The position numbers and the translations under genes are program-made. A DNA stretch of 63,873 nucleotides, counting the filler, from Aduncisulcus paluster (Eukaryota): assembly GCA_024181965.1 (NCBI GenBank). It is 41 parts of 41 records of this genome, joined end to end, with 100 filler letters (N's around TTAATTAATTAA, not from the genome) between each part and the next. Parts side by side here need not be neighbours in the genome. Positions count along the whole stretch, not along the records: positions 10,949 to 12,135 come from BQXS01008383.1; positions 12,236 to 14,516 come from BQXS01008414.1; positions 14,617 to 15,952 come from BQXS01008428.1; positions 16,053 to 18,024 come from BQXS01008483.1; positions 18,125 to 19,125 come from BQXS01008534.1; positions 19,226 to 20,653 come from BQXS01008541.1; positions 20,754 to 21,773 come from BQXS01008548.1; 34 more parts are not named here. One strand, 5' to 3'. Below the pieces are notes generated by a model. The model saw only the letters and a list, made by a program, of their open reading frames with translations, did not search any database and was not told the origin of the DNA. Numbering within the stretch: the first letter of the stretch is position 1; each line of letters opens with the position of its first letter. Of this stretch, positions 11,269 through 21,873 are shown piece after piece.

Positions 11269-11344
11269 TGTTATTAATCGAGTCAAATTTACTAAATAAA
11301 CAGAACTCCGAGAGATCTATAAATAGACCATTGAGAACATTACA
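11269..11344 (-). repeat. Putative short (76-bp) 5' LTR
   Basis: Minus strand TGTAATGTTCTC..TCTATTTATAG..TAACA. TG..CA ends, 5' part similar to the TRIM LTR at 26095, followed by the palindrome CAGTTTTAAAACTG. No second copy is visible. Confidence 0.55.
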
Positions 11345-12135
11345 TTATCTGCCAATTCATACCTTCTTAAGATTTGAGCAACAATATCTTGTTCAGATCC
11401 CTTCATATCCATATATTGCAAAGAAGATGTTGAATCTGATGTCTGTAATTGTATTGTCTGTACCATTGGAATTGTTGAGTCATGTTGTGGTGCATCATGG
11501 TTGCCAAATGTTGGACTGACAGATTGTACTGTTTGGATCATATGGTGTGGGACTCTGATGTCTTCCTCTGCTCTGCCTTCCTCTGCTCTGTTCCTGGGTT
11601 TCCTTGCAGACGTATAATGAATGTTCTGAGGACCAGACCCCTGGGGCACAACAACAATTCCACCACCGTGGTGACTATTAGGTGAATGCACTGAAGATGA
11701 CAGTGACTCTCTTATTTCATGTTCTTCAGGTATGATAATTTGAGATTCATTATGTATCATGGAAGAGGAAGAGGGAGAGGAAGAGGACATTGGTGGATGT
11801 CCAAGGGTGGAATTCGATGGAAGGAATGGAGATGAGGGCGGTTGAGGAAGAGAAGGGGAGAGGGGAACTTCAGCTCCAGTGAAAGATTTACCAGATTGTC
11901 GAACAGGATATTGCTCATGGAACTTATCCTTATCTTTAACTACATCATCATGGAGACCTTTGACCGTCAGTTCTTTCCTTTTCTTTGCTAAATACTTCAA
12001 TTGGTCGAGTCTACTCAGTTTTGAGAATGCTTCTTGTTCAGCATTAATTGGATGAACACTACTCTGCATGGGCTGTGAAAAGTAACATGGTTCAGGGAGA
12101 TATGAGTGTGATAGTGGACGTCCAGAGGAAGCTGA
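11317..12135 (-). CDS. Eukaryotic low-complexity ORF, apparently truncated by the LTR insertion
   Basis: Long open frame whose last codons (VMFSMVYL*) lie inside the putative LTR. Confidence 0.5.
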   Translation of the reverse strand, partial: SASSGRPLSHSYLPEPCYFSQPMQSSVHPINAEQEAFSKLSRLDQLKYLAKKRKELTVKGLHDDVVKDKDKFHEQYPVRQSGKSFTGAEVPLSPSLPQPPSSPFLPSNSTLGHPPMSSSSPSSSSMIHNESQIIIPEEHEIRESLSSSVHSPNSHHGGGIVVVPQGSGPQNIHYTSARKPRNRAEEGRAEEDIRVPHHMIQTVQSVSPTFGNHDAPQHDSTIPMVQTIQLQTSDSTSSLQYMDMKGSEQDIVAQILRRYELADNVMFSMVYL

Positions 12136-12235
12136 NNNNNNNNNNNNNNNNNNNNNNNNNNNNNNNNNNNNNNNNNNNNTTAATTAATTAANNNNNNNNN
12201 NNNNNNNNNNNNNNNNNNNNNNNNNNNNNNNNNNN

Positions 12236-14135
12236 TTTTTTTGCTGTTAAACATGCTATTTCTAATGATGTTGTTGCTTATATATCCGTTTCAACCCAAC
12301 ACAATGAACTTTTAAAATCACAAACAGAATATCTTATATTTTTAGCAGTGTTGATTTTTCTTTGTTTTGTTACTACACTTTTTATTTATAAAATAAATAA
12401 AGATAAAGAGGTTTTGATACAAAAAGATGAACTTTTAAAAGAGGTTCAAAAAATCGGACGACTAGGGTACTGGGAGTTTGATATTTCAAATAATTATTTT
12501 ATGTTAAGTGATCAGACCTATATCTTATTTGGACTATCAAAAAAAGAGTTTAACAATACATATAAAAATTTTCTTGATTTTGTCCATCCTGAAGATAGAC
12601 ATAGAGTAGATTNNNNNNNNNNNNNNNNNNNNTATTAAATGTAAAATAATTACTAAAATGGGTAAAACTAGATATATAGAGGGGATATGTCATCATACAC
12701 TGGATGATGATGGAAATGTTAATAAATCTTTAGGGACATTGCATGATATTACTACCATAAAACTGTATCAGCAAAGAATGGAACGCTCAAAAGAACAATT
12801 TGAATCTTTGGTGTCTAATATGTCAAATATAGTTTATCGCTCACAAAATAATGATTTGTTTACAATGCTTTATATCAATGATTATGTTGTAGAGATGACG
12901 GGATATACTGTAAAAGAGTTAAAGTACAATAAAAAAGTTTCTTATGGTTCTTTAATTCATCCTGAGGATTTTAAACGCGTTAAAAAATTTATTGATAATG
13001 CTGTCCAACATAAAATCAAACACAATATGATAGAATATAGAATTATTCGAAAAGATAATCAAATCATCTGGGTTAATGATGCTTTTGAAATTATTATAAA
13101 AGAAAATCCTATCATAGAGGGTGTAATAAGTGATATTACAGCACAAAAAGAATCTTACAATAAACTTCAAAAATTTATTGATACACAAAAAAATATNNNN
13201 NNNNNNNNNNNNNNNNNNNNNNNNNNNNNNNNNNNNNNNNNNNNNNNNNNNNNNNNNNNNNNNNNNNNNNNNNNNNNNNNNNNNNNNNNNNNNNNNNNNN
13301 NNNNNNNNNNNNNNNNNTCCTTACAAATGGAAAACAGATTGATTTTGCAAATAAACAATTTTTTGATTTTTTTGGATATCCTGATTTAAAATCTTTTCAA
13401 AAAGAGTACAATTGTATTTGCGAACTATTCCAGCATGATGATGATTTTTTTCATTTAGGAAAAATAGGTGAAGATGAAAATTGGATACATGCCATAGGTA
13501 CTTTTCCTAAGGTTGATAGAATTGTAAAGATTGCAAACAAGGACAATGAAGATTGTGTTTTTACAATCACAATCAATTCTTTTGAAAAAGATTTATTGAT
13601 TTTAAGTTTTACTGATATAAGTGAATCATATAAAGAGCAAAATCAACTTAAACAAAAAGTCACGCACGATAAGCTAACATCTGCTTACAACAGAGAATAT
13701 TTTGAGCAATCGTATCAAAAGCTTATTTTGGAAACTGTAAATACAAATTATTCATTAGGTTTAGCAATGATTGATATTGACTTCTTTAAACAAGTAAATG
13801 ATACTTATAGACATGATGTTGGAGATTCTGTTTTAATTGAGCTTGTACACGAGGTAAACTCTTTTTCAAGAGATGAAGATATTCTTATTAGATGGGGTGG
13901 AGAAGAGTTCTTGTTTGTGATTAAAGTAAAATCAAAAGAGGACTTAATAAAGTCATTGGAACATATTCAACAAAATATAGGAAAACATACTTTTAAACAT
14001 ATTGGTAAGTTAACTTGTAGCATTGGTGGAGCTTGTTATATGGAAAGTGAAGATATATATACTACTTTAAAAAGAGCAGATATAGCACTATATGAAGCAA
14101 AGGCAACGGGTAGAAATAAAGTTATAGTTCATTAG
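12236..14135 (+). CDS. Membrane-anchored PAS-PAS-GGDEF diguanylate cyclase (gapped)
   Basis: GYWEFD and VHPEDR/IHPEDF PAS_3 motifs, DKLTSAYNR, IDIDFFKQVND, RWGGEEF, RxxD I-site (RDED), ADIALYEAK. Confidence 0.93.
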
Positions 14136-14197
14136 TTTTTCTAAATAAGCAAAATATATTGTATAATGTATAAACTATTTAGAAAAAGGAATATAGT

Positions 14198-14516
14198 ATG
14201 TCAAACTCAATTATTGCAGATATTAAACCTATGAGAATACAACTTCAAAAAGATACACAATATAATTTTTGTATGTGCGGTCGCTCACAAAATCAGCCAT
14301 TTTGTGATGGTTCCCATTCAGGAACTTCAATACTCCCCCAATCCTTTAGCGTAGACAAAGATAAAACAGGACTTATGTGTACTTGTAAAGCTAGTAAAAA
14401 GTTACCATATTGTGATGGTAGTCATCGCTTTTTTACAGCGAAGCAAATAGGTACAGAGCTTGAAAGAGAAGATGAAAGTAAAACTAAAAAAGAAAATCAA
14501 AAAGTAGAACAGTCAA
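14198..14516 (+). CDS. Tandem CDGSH iron-sulfur domain protein, N-terminal part
   Basis: CMCGRSQNQPFCDGSH and CTCKASKKLPYCDGSH. AAAGGA SD present. Confidence 0.92.
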
Positions 14517-14766
14517 NNNNNNNNNNNNNNNNNNNNNNNNNNNNNNNNNNNNNNNNNNNNTTAATTAATTAANNNNNNNNNNNNNNNNNNNNNNNNNNNN
14601 NNNNNNNNNNNNNNNNTCTGACCGGCCCCGGCAAGCCTTGCACCGAGCAACCCTTACGCCACCAACGTCCTGGTCGTGCCTGGGGACGGCGTTGCGAGCG
14701 GGTGCTCGACGGGGCGCGATCGGCTTGTTAAGTCGCGTCTTCGCAAGGATGATTTGAGTCGAGGAC

Positions 14767-15952
14767 ATGACCGTAGCGATCGAGATGGGACAAACGACGG
14801 CCGGCGCCGCGGCGGCCATCGACCTCGAGGAGCTATTGGCCACGCGCCTGCTGGTGCAGGGCAATTCGGGTTCCGGCAAGTCCCATCTGTTGCGCCGTCT
14901 GCTGGAGCAGAGCGCGCCCTGGGTGCAGCAGACCATCATCGATCCCGAGGGCGACTTCGTGACCCTGGCTGAGCGATTCGGTCACCTCGTGANNNNNNNN
15001 NNNNNNNNNNNNNNNNNNNNNNNNNNNNNNNNNNNNNNNNNNNNNGTACTCAATCTCGAGGGGCTCGACGCCGAGAATCAGATGCGGCGCGCTGCGGCCT
15101 TCCTCGGCGGCTTGTTCGACGTTGCCCGCGACCACTGGTATCCGATGCTCGTGGTGGTGGACGAGGCGCAGCTGTTCGCGCCCGCGATCGCAGGCGAGGT
15201 GTCCGACGAGGCGCGCAAGCTGTCGCTTGGTGCGATGACCAATTTGATGTGCCGCGGCCGCAAGCGCGGGCTTGCCGGGATCATCGCGACCCAGCGGCTG
15301 GCGAAGCTCGCCAAGAACGTCGCGGCCGAGGCCTCGAACTTCCTGATGGGCCGGACCTTCCTGGATATCGACATGGCGCGCGCCGCCGATCTGCTCGGCA
15401 TGGAGCGGCGGCAGGCGGAAGCCTTCCGCGATCTCGAGCGCGGACAATTCATGGCGCTGGGACCGGCGCTTTCGCGCCGACCGCTCGGCCTGCGCATCGG
15501 TCCGACCGACACACAGCCGCGCAATGCGGCCCCGCGCCTGATGCCGCTGCCTGAAGCGACACTGGAGGACGCGCGCGCCATCATCCTCGCGGCCCCGCCG
15601 CCCGAAACGACCGCCAGGCCGCCGCGCCGGGCGCCGGCACCCGACCTGCTCAGCCAGCTGATGGCCGCCAGGCCGGCGGTGCCGGAGTTCGATCCCGAGG
15701 CCGCGGAGCCGTCGCCGAGCGCCGAGCAACTGGCCGAGCGGCGTGAGCGGCTGGATCGTATCCTGCGCGCCATTCTCGCCGAGCCCGATGCCGGCTTCCG
15801 CGCCATCGGCGTGCTCTATCAGGAGTTCGTGGTGCGCTGCCGGATCGAGGGTCTCGGAGCCGTGGTGCCGGAGCTGACCGATTTCCGCCGCATGCTGACG
15901 CGCGCCCGCGCCGGACTTGGCACCGAGATGGCGGAAGACGACGCCTGGCAGG
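14767..15952 (+). CDS. HerA/FtsK-like P-loop ATPase (DUF87/DUF853-type), Bradyrhizobium-like
   Basis: GNSGSGKS, IIDPEGDF, VVDEAQLFAP, RGRKRG, ATQR motifs. High GC. Confidence 0.9.
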
Positions 15953-16052
15953 NNNNNNNNNNNNNNNNNNNNNNNNNNNNNNNNNNNNNNNNNNNNTTAA
16001 TTAATTAANNNNNNNNNNNNNNNNNNNNNNNNNNNNNNNNNNNNNNNNNNNN

Positions 16053-18024
16053 AAATTCACTGCCCTCTCGTCTGTGACATATTCTGACCAGACCTGCCAT
16101 TGTTCTGCGTCTGTGTCCTCCGCTGATCACCAAGTGTGCCGTGAAGTGTATCCTGGTCGCTGGGCTGTTGAGTGCTGGCATGGGTACTATCTTGACAAAG
16201 CGAGTGGTTCCTGTGTTGCTGCGTGTGCTAGTGGGTATGTGTACGATACAGCCAGTGCAACGTGTGTGTCTTCCTCTAGCGCCATTGATGATGCCATTCG
16301 TTGTCAAGTGTGTGAGGGTCATTCCACTATGATGCCTGTTCTTGAGGAAGGCAATTCTTCCATCACATGTGGGTGTCGATCTGCCTGGTATGGAGATGAC
16401 TGTGATCAATTGTACGAACTCTAACTTTATATTCCCGATGATAATTTCAGAACCTTCGTCTGTGAAGCTGCAGACTATGCCGAAGGTACCTTGTGTGACA
16501 TTTCTGAGTTTGAAATGGCTGGGATTAGTGGGCAATTTTACTGGGGAAATTCTCATATCACCACGTTAGAATCTGCTCAAAATTTGATCAATAGTTATTA
16601 TTTGTATTTCAACAATACAGATATCACATCGGTCCAAATTCTTTCAGAACTTAAACAGCTTTGTCATTTGACTCTTGTCATGTGGGGTTCAACTTATTCT
16701 ATGAAGTTAACTGATTTTAACTCCCTGTATCCTTTGAATAGGCTTTTTACTCTCCGTCTTTATGGTAATGATCAAGTTTATGATATTTCTCTTTCCTTCA
16801 AGAGCGTTGCATTGAGATTCTTGATAATCGGATACTATGAGAATGAGATGATTCCTTTATGTCGATCTGAATCAAATGAAGATTTTATATCTTTCCTTAC
16901 CACTGTTTTCCCAACTCATGATCAAGATACCGATAATATTGCTCAATTTCACACCTCTAATAGTTGTCCACTTAACACTGACGATTACTTCTGTAGTCAA
17001 GACACATACCCAGACAAATGTCCATCTATTGTTCTTAATGAAGTGTATAATAGTGTTGATGAAGCTGATTATAAGGAGTGTTCTTTCATTGCTAAAACGA
17101 GTGGGTCTGTGATCGATGGAGACTTGAAATGTTATACAGTCCATGATGATAATGTGAGGGAGTATCTGATAAATGAATGTTTGCGCTATGGGACTGATGA
17201 TCTTAGCTCTGGAATAATCAGTGTTGCCACTATGAGAAGTGTATTGTCATGCCCATCTTCATCATTATCTTTGCAAGATATTGCTACTGCGTCATCCTTT
17301 TCCTCTGTAAATGCCCTCACAACACTTCAAGGTCTTGAGTATGCCACTTCACTGACCTCTTTGACCCTTGATGGATATGACTTGAGTGGAGATACTAATT
17401 CTAATGCTGAGTATGACAAGTTGGTTGTTCAGATCTTAGCAAAGGCTGTAACGATTTCAAGTGATTATGGTTCAATTGATTCTGGTCTGAGGATTTTGTC
17501 TGTAAGTGGATGTGGATTAACTGAAGTCAGTGATATATTGGACCTAACTCCAATTGTTTCTCATGATACTGCAACCCAACCCTTCAAGTTGACCACCCTT
17601 GATATCTCTGACAACTCTATCTCTGATGTATCCGTCTTTATCACTGAAGATATCTTCCCTGCTGATACTCTCACTACTCTTGATATCAGTGGCAACAACA
17701 TCTGTGACATTGATGGAATGGTGAGTGAGTTAGAAACCTATTTTTCTGCTACTTCTATTGTGATTACCTACTCTGACCAGACCTGCCATTGTTCTGCGTC
17801 TGTGTCCTCCGCTGATCACCAAGTGTGTCGTGAAGTGTATCCTGGTCGCTGGGCTGTTGAGTGCTGGCATGGGTACTATCTTGACAAAGCGAGTGGTTCC
17901 TGTGTTGCTGCGTGTGCTAGTGGGTATGTGTACGATACAGCCAGTGCAACGTGTGTGTCTTCCTCTAGCGCCGTTGATGATGCCATTCGTTGTCAAGTGT
18001 GTGAGGGTCATTCCACTATGATGC
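16053..18024 (+). CDS. Protist giant LRR/cysteine-rich repeat surface protein fragment, with one in-frame TAA at 16422
   Basis: ORFs 16074 and 16491 share a frame. LRRs (LTTLDISDNSISD, LQGLEYATSLTSL) and Cys-rich linkers. Internal repeat with period 1689 bp. Confidence 0.85.
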
Positions 18025-18124
18025 NNNNNNNNNNNNNNNNNNNNNNNNNNNNNNNNNNNNNNNNNNNNTTAATTAATTAANNNNNNNNNNNNNNNNNNNN
18101 NNNNNNNNNNNNNNNNNNNNNNNN

Positions 18125-19125
18125 TTCAGAAAGCTCCATTCGATCAGCTCTCAGTGGATCTGTTTGGTCCTATTGATCCAGATGCACAGCTAGGATACAA
18201 GTACCTCACAGTCTTTGTGGATAACTTCAGCAGATTTGTTGAGCTCGTCCCAAGTGAAAGTACTACAGTGCTGGAAGCCAAACAGGCCTTATTACAGGTG
18301 ATAGGGAGGCATGGTTCACCTAAAACAATTCGAACAGATGGAGGATCACAGTTTACTTCCTCTATGTGGAGGGAATTGATGACGACGCTGGGAATTGAGC
18401 ACATAGTAACTACTCCAGATCACCATCAAGAAAATGGTCAAGTAGAGAGAGTCAACCGAGAGATATTGAGGCAGCTTAGGCTCCATTTTGCGGCTGGATG
18501 CTCAAAAACCGACTGGGTCAAGTTAGTCCCCATCATTATGGGTACTATAAACTCTCGGGGATCAGAAAGAACAGGTAGAAGCCCAATGGAAATCCTGTAT
18601 GGCCAGAAAAGGAAACCTCATAAGCTGTTTAAAGAATCTTCTGGTGCAACCCCGGAGAGATGGGAAAAGATTCTGAGTTACAGAGAGGATGTGAGGGATG
18701 ATGTTGAGTCTGAGGTTCGAACATCGGATGAAAAGGTCGTCTCGCAGAGAGAACAGTCTCAGACAGATTTTATACCCTTCAAACCTGGGGAGAAAGTACT
18801 TTTGAGCCGGAGGAAACCCGGAAAGAAGACAGACACCATCAATCTTGGTCCTTTTGTGGTGCTTGAGAAGACAAGCAGTTTTTATTACAGAGTAGAGTCT
18901 GTTAATGGAGGAAAGAAACAAAAGGTACATGTTTCCAGAATGAGATGTTATAAATCGAGTGCATCGGAGGAAGAGGAGAAAACAGCAGAAGCTGCTGACG
19001 ATCAAGAATACAAGGTTGAACGTATTGTGATGCATCGAGGAAGAGGGAAGAAGAACATCAAGTTCAGGGTAAAGTGGCAGGATTATGGGATGGAAGATAA
19101 CACCTGGTTGAGCTTCAAAGAGGTG
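18125..19125 (+). mobile_element. Ty3/Gypsy integrase core + GPF + chromodomain
   Basis: SVDLFGP, VDNFSRF, IRTDGGSQF, ENGQVERVNR, LGPFVV, EYKVERIVMHR..VKWQDY..NTW. Confidence 0.95.
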
Positions 19126-19225
19126 NNNNNNNNNNNNNNNNNNNNNNNNNNNNNNNNNNNNNNNNNNNNTTAATTAATTAANNNNNNNNNNNNNNNNNNN
19201 NNNNNNNNNNNNNNNNNNNNNNNNN

Positions 19226-19996
19226 CATATCTCAACATCACCATCATCTATTTTAAGCAGAGGAAATTCAGTTGCCGAAAAAGGAAGATTATCCGATACA
19301 TTGTGACCCAAATATTTTTTATAGACTTCAACTACAGGAATACCATCTAGCTCATACAGTCTATTTTTATTGGCTTTTGTTACGAACATAGTTTGACCTA
19401 TTGGCTGCCAATTGAGTTGGTAGTCTGTAAAAACTTCTAAACGCTTACTGTTCAGAGATACACCTACACAAGATTTTAAACCAATCGTATCATTATTAAA
19501 AACAAGTGTTTTTATAAATGCTCCATTATCTCCTGCTAGTCCCCCTGCTATAGGAATATGAGTATTTACACTACTTATACCATCTACAACNNNNNNNNNN
19601 NNNNNNNNNNCCATTTATACAAAGTCCATTTGCAAATAGTATCAATAATTTTGTGTCATCCAAAATTAAAGAGTGTGCAATATCTTTACCTAAATTATAA
19701 TCTTCATCATTTGTAAAATACCCATACTTTACAGTCGTATGTTCAAATTGAACAATAGAGATGACAATATTCTTTTCATATACTACAGAACCATTTATTT
19801 CACCTGCTGTTGTTGTTCCTATAAAAGGGATGTTTGGATTTTTTTCTCTAAATATCGACTGAATTTGTTTGACTTCAAATTCAGAATTAAAACCTGAGAA
19901 AATTTGTACTAAACTATTTTTAGCATTTAGATTCTGCAAATCTAAATTTTTTTCCATATCTTCTATACTTCGGAAACACTTATTAGCAATATTCAT
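19226..19996 (-). CDS. FIST-N/FIST-C sensory domain protein, N-terminal part
   Basis: LVQIFSG, GTTTAGEI, IAGGLAGDN, WQPIG, YKKYLG, EFPL. Confidence 0.9.
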
Positions 19997-20079
19997 TTTT
20001 GCCTTTCTAGTAATTTGTTGATTTTTAATATTTAAACAATTATCCTTCAAAGTTTCCTCTGAAATATAATTGTATTATT

Positions 20080-20653
20080 TTAGTCAGCTTTTATACATCT
20101 CACACTTATACCATACTGCATCTCAGAACTTCTTGGTCCAGCATTTACATAAATAGCTGCACTACTTCCATCTGCATCATAAGTTTTAATAGAATCACTT
20201 GATATACCAAGAGTTGTAGTTGCAAGTGATATAACTGTTCCTACACTTCCTATAGTACCATCATTTCGTAAACGGTAACCAGCAGCTGGTATTCCTAAAA
20301 AGCTATTAAATAAATCTGCACTATTTGATATTGAATAAGTACCGTTAAGATTAGATGTCTCAGCTTTTATTTCGGTTTCTGTTGGTACTCTATAACCTAC
20401 TGGACATACACTACTTCCATCTGTTGCCGACCATCTTGCCTCTCTTTGTGTACGATTTGCATCTGCTGTTGTCCAATCTTCATAGTTACCTAAAGCCGTA
20501 ATAAAACTATTACTTGTACTTGTGATAGTTGTCTCTTTTGTAGTAGTTATACCACTAGTAGATTTTTCATGTCCATCAGCATCTCTTCCCCACTGAAAAT
20601 AATCTCCAAAACAATTTGTATCATTTATATCTTTACATACACTACTAGCTCCT
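20080..20653 (-). CDS. FISUMP/Fib_succ_major-like domain protein, C-terminus
   Basis: Manual translation: GDYFQWGRDADGHE..VCPVGYRVPTETE..PAAGYR..SVRCIKAD*. Not in the ORF track. Confidence 0.75.
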
Positions 20654-20760
20654 NNNNNNNNNNNNNNNNNNNNNNNNNNNNNNNNNNNNNNNNNNNNTTA
20701 ATTAATTAANNNNNNNNNNNNNNNNNNNNNNNNNNNNNNNNNNNNNNNNNNNNGGTCCGA

Positions 20761-21773
20761 ATGAGTCATCCGAACGGAGACGGGACCAAGACAGTAGATC
20801 CAATGTGGTACTACAACGTGGCGAATACGCTGTATGCCGCCAGTAAGGCGGTGGAAGAAGACCTCAACACTCTTGACGGTAAGTTGGACATTGCGCGGTC
20901 TGCCGGCACGTACAAGACCGGCGGGCCGCGTTGGTCGACGTACTTTGATCAGGCGCTCGTCGACATCTATGAACTCTCCTCGTTGAGCGCGATGGCGGCT
21001 CGACAGCTTGGCCGCATAATTCAGAAGCACGGAATAAACCACGCCCTGGCCGATCCTCCGAAATCCGGACCTACGCTGCCGACAGCGTCTGCCACACCGA
21101 CCGACATGGCCATCTCCANNNNNNNNNNNNNNNNNNNNTCCAAGAACCCCAACAATCGATCGGTCGGGGCGACCGAAGGGAATCCTGAGCACTGGGACGT
21201 GGTCGACCCTTATGTCGACAAAGAGTGGACGAACTGCAGCGAAGGCAGAATAGCTAGCGCCGGAGCCGCCCTAGGCCAGTTCGCCGCAACAATGCCCGCC
21301 AAGGCGGTACAGATGTATTCGGATGCCGAGACCGAATTCACGCGTGACCGGCAAGCGCAGTTCTCGGAAATTCAAGAACTCATGACCGATGTCGGATATG
21401 TACGTGACGGAATAAAGGCAAGTGGTCTATCACTGGCCCTTATTCTGAGCGGCACCTCTATATATTTTGGCGGACAGGCAGCGCTCCTCAAGACCGCTGC
21501 GAAGGCTCTGATCTTGGCGTTTTACTACTACGAGCAGGAGTCCAAGGTCCGCCAGACTGTCTTGTCGATGAATCCTCTGGCCAAGAAAGCCGCCGCGGTG
21601 ATCGCCGAGAGGATTAAGAAGACAATGGGCGAGGCCATCGATAAAGCGTTGGGGCTGGTAAGCACGGCCGTCGACACCAATGTTAAGCCTGGCAAGTCAA
21701 TGTACGACAACGCCACACTCACGTCTCGCCAACTCACTGAGATTCTCGGTTATATGCCGCGACAAACGGACCC
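20761..21773 (+). CDS. Mycobacterial hypothetical protein, possible ESX-secreted (WXG100-like) effector N-terminus
   Basis: Ala-rich helical ORF with VDPxxYY..A..L, AGT and a W-containing motif. Family assignment by eye only. Confidence 0.4.
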
Positions 21774-21873
21774 NNNNNNNNNNNNNNNNNNNNNNNNNNN
21801 NNNNNNNNNNNNNNNNNTTAATTAATTAANNNNNNNNNNNNNNNNNNNNNNNNNNNNNNNNNNNNNNNNNNNN

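Noticed and set aside
14833-15806. Long antisense/alternative-frame ORFs in high-GC contigs (also 22443, 55243, 56010, 58944, 59363)
   Set aside because: Shadow ORFs of GC-rich genes that already have clear motif support on the coding frame.
16422-16424. TAA/TAG-to-Gln reassignment (hexamitid-type code), suggested by in-frame stops at 16422, 26575 and 47347
   Set aside because: Two of the three lie in elements that also have frameshifts, and the TAG most simply derives from AAG (Lys). Long protist ORFs contain no TAR and use CAA/CAG, and the SET and chromodomain ORFs end at TAA where expected.
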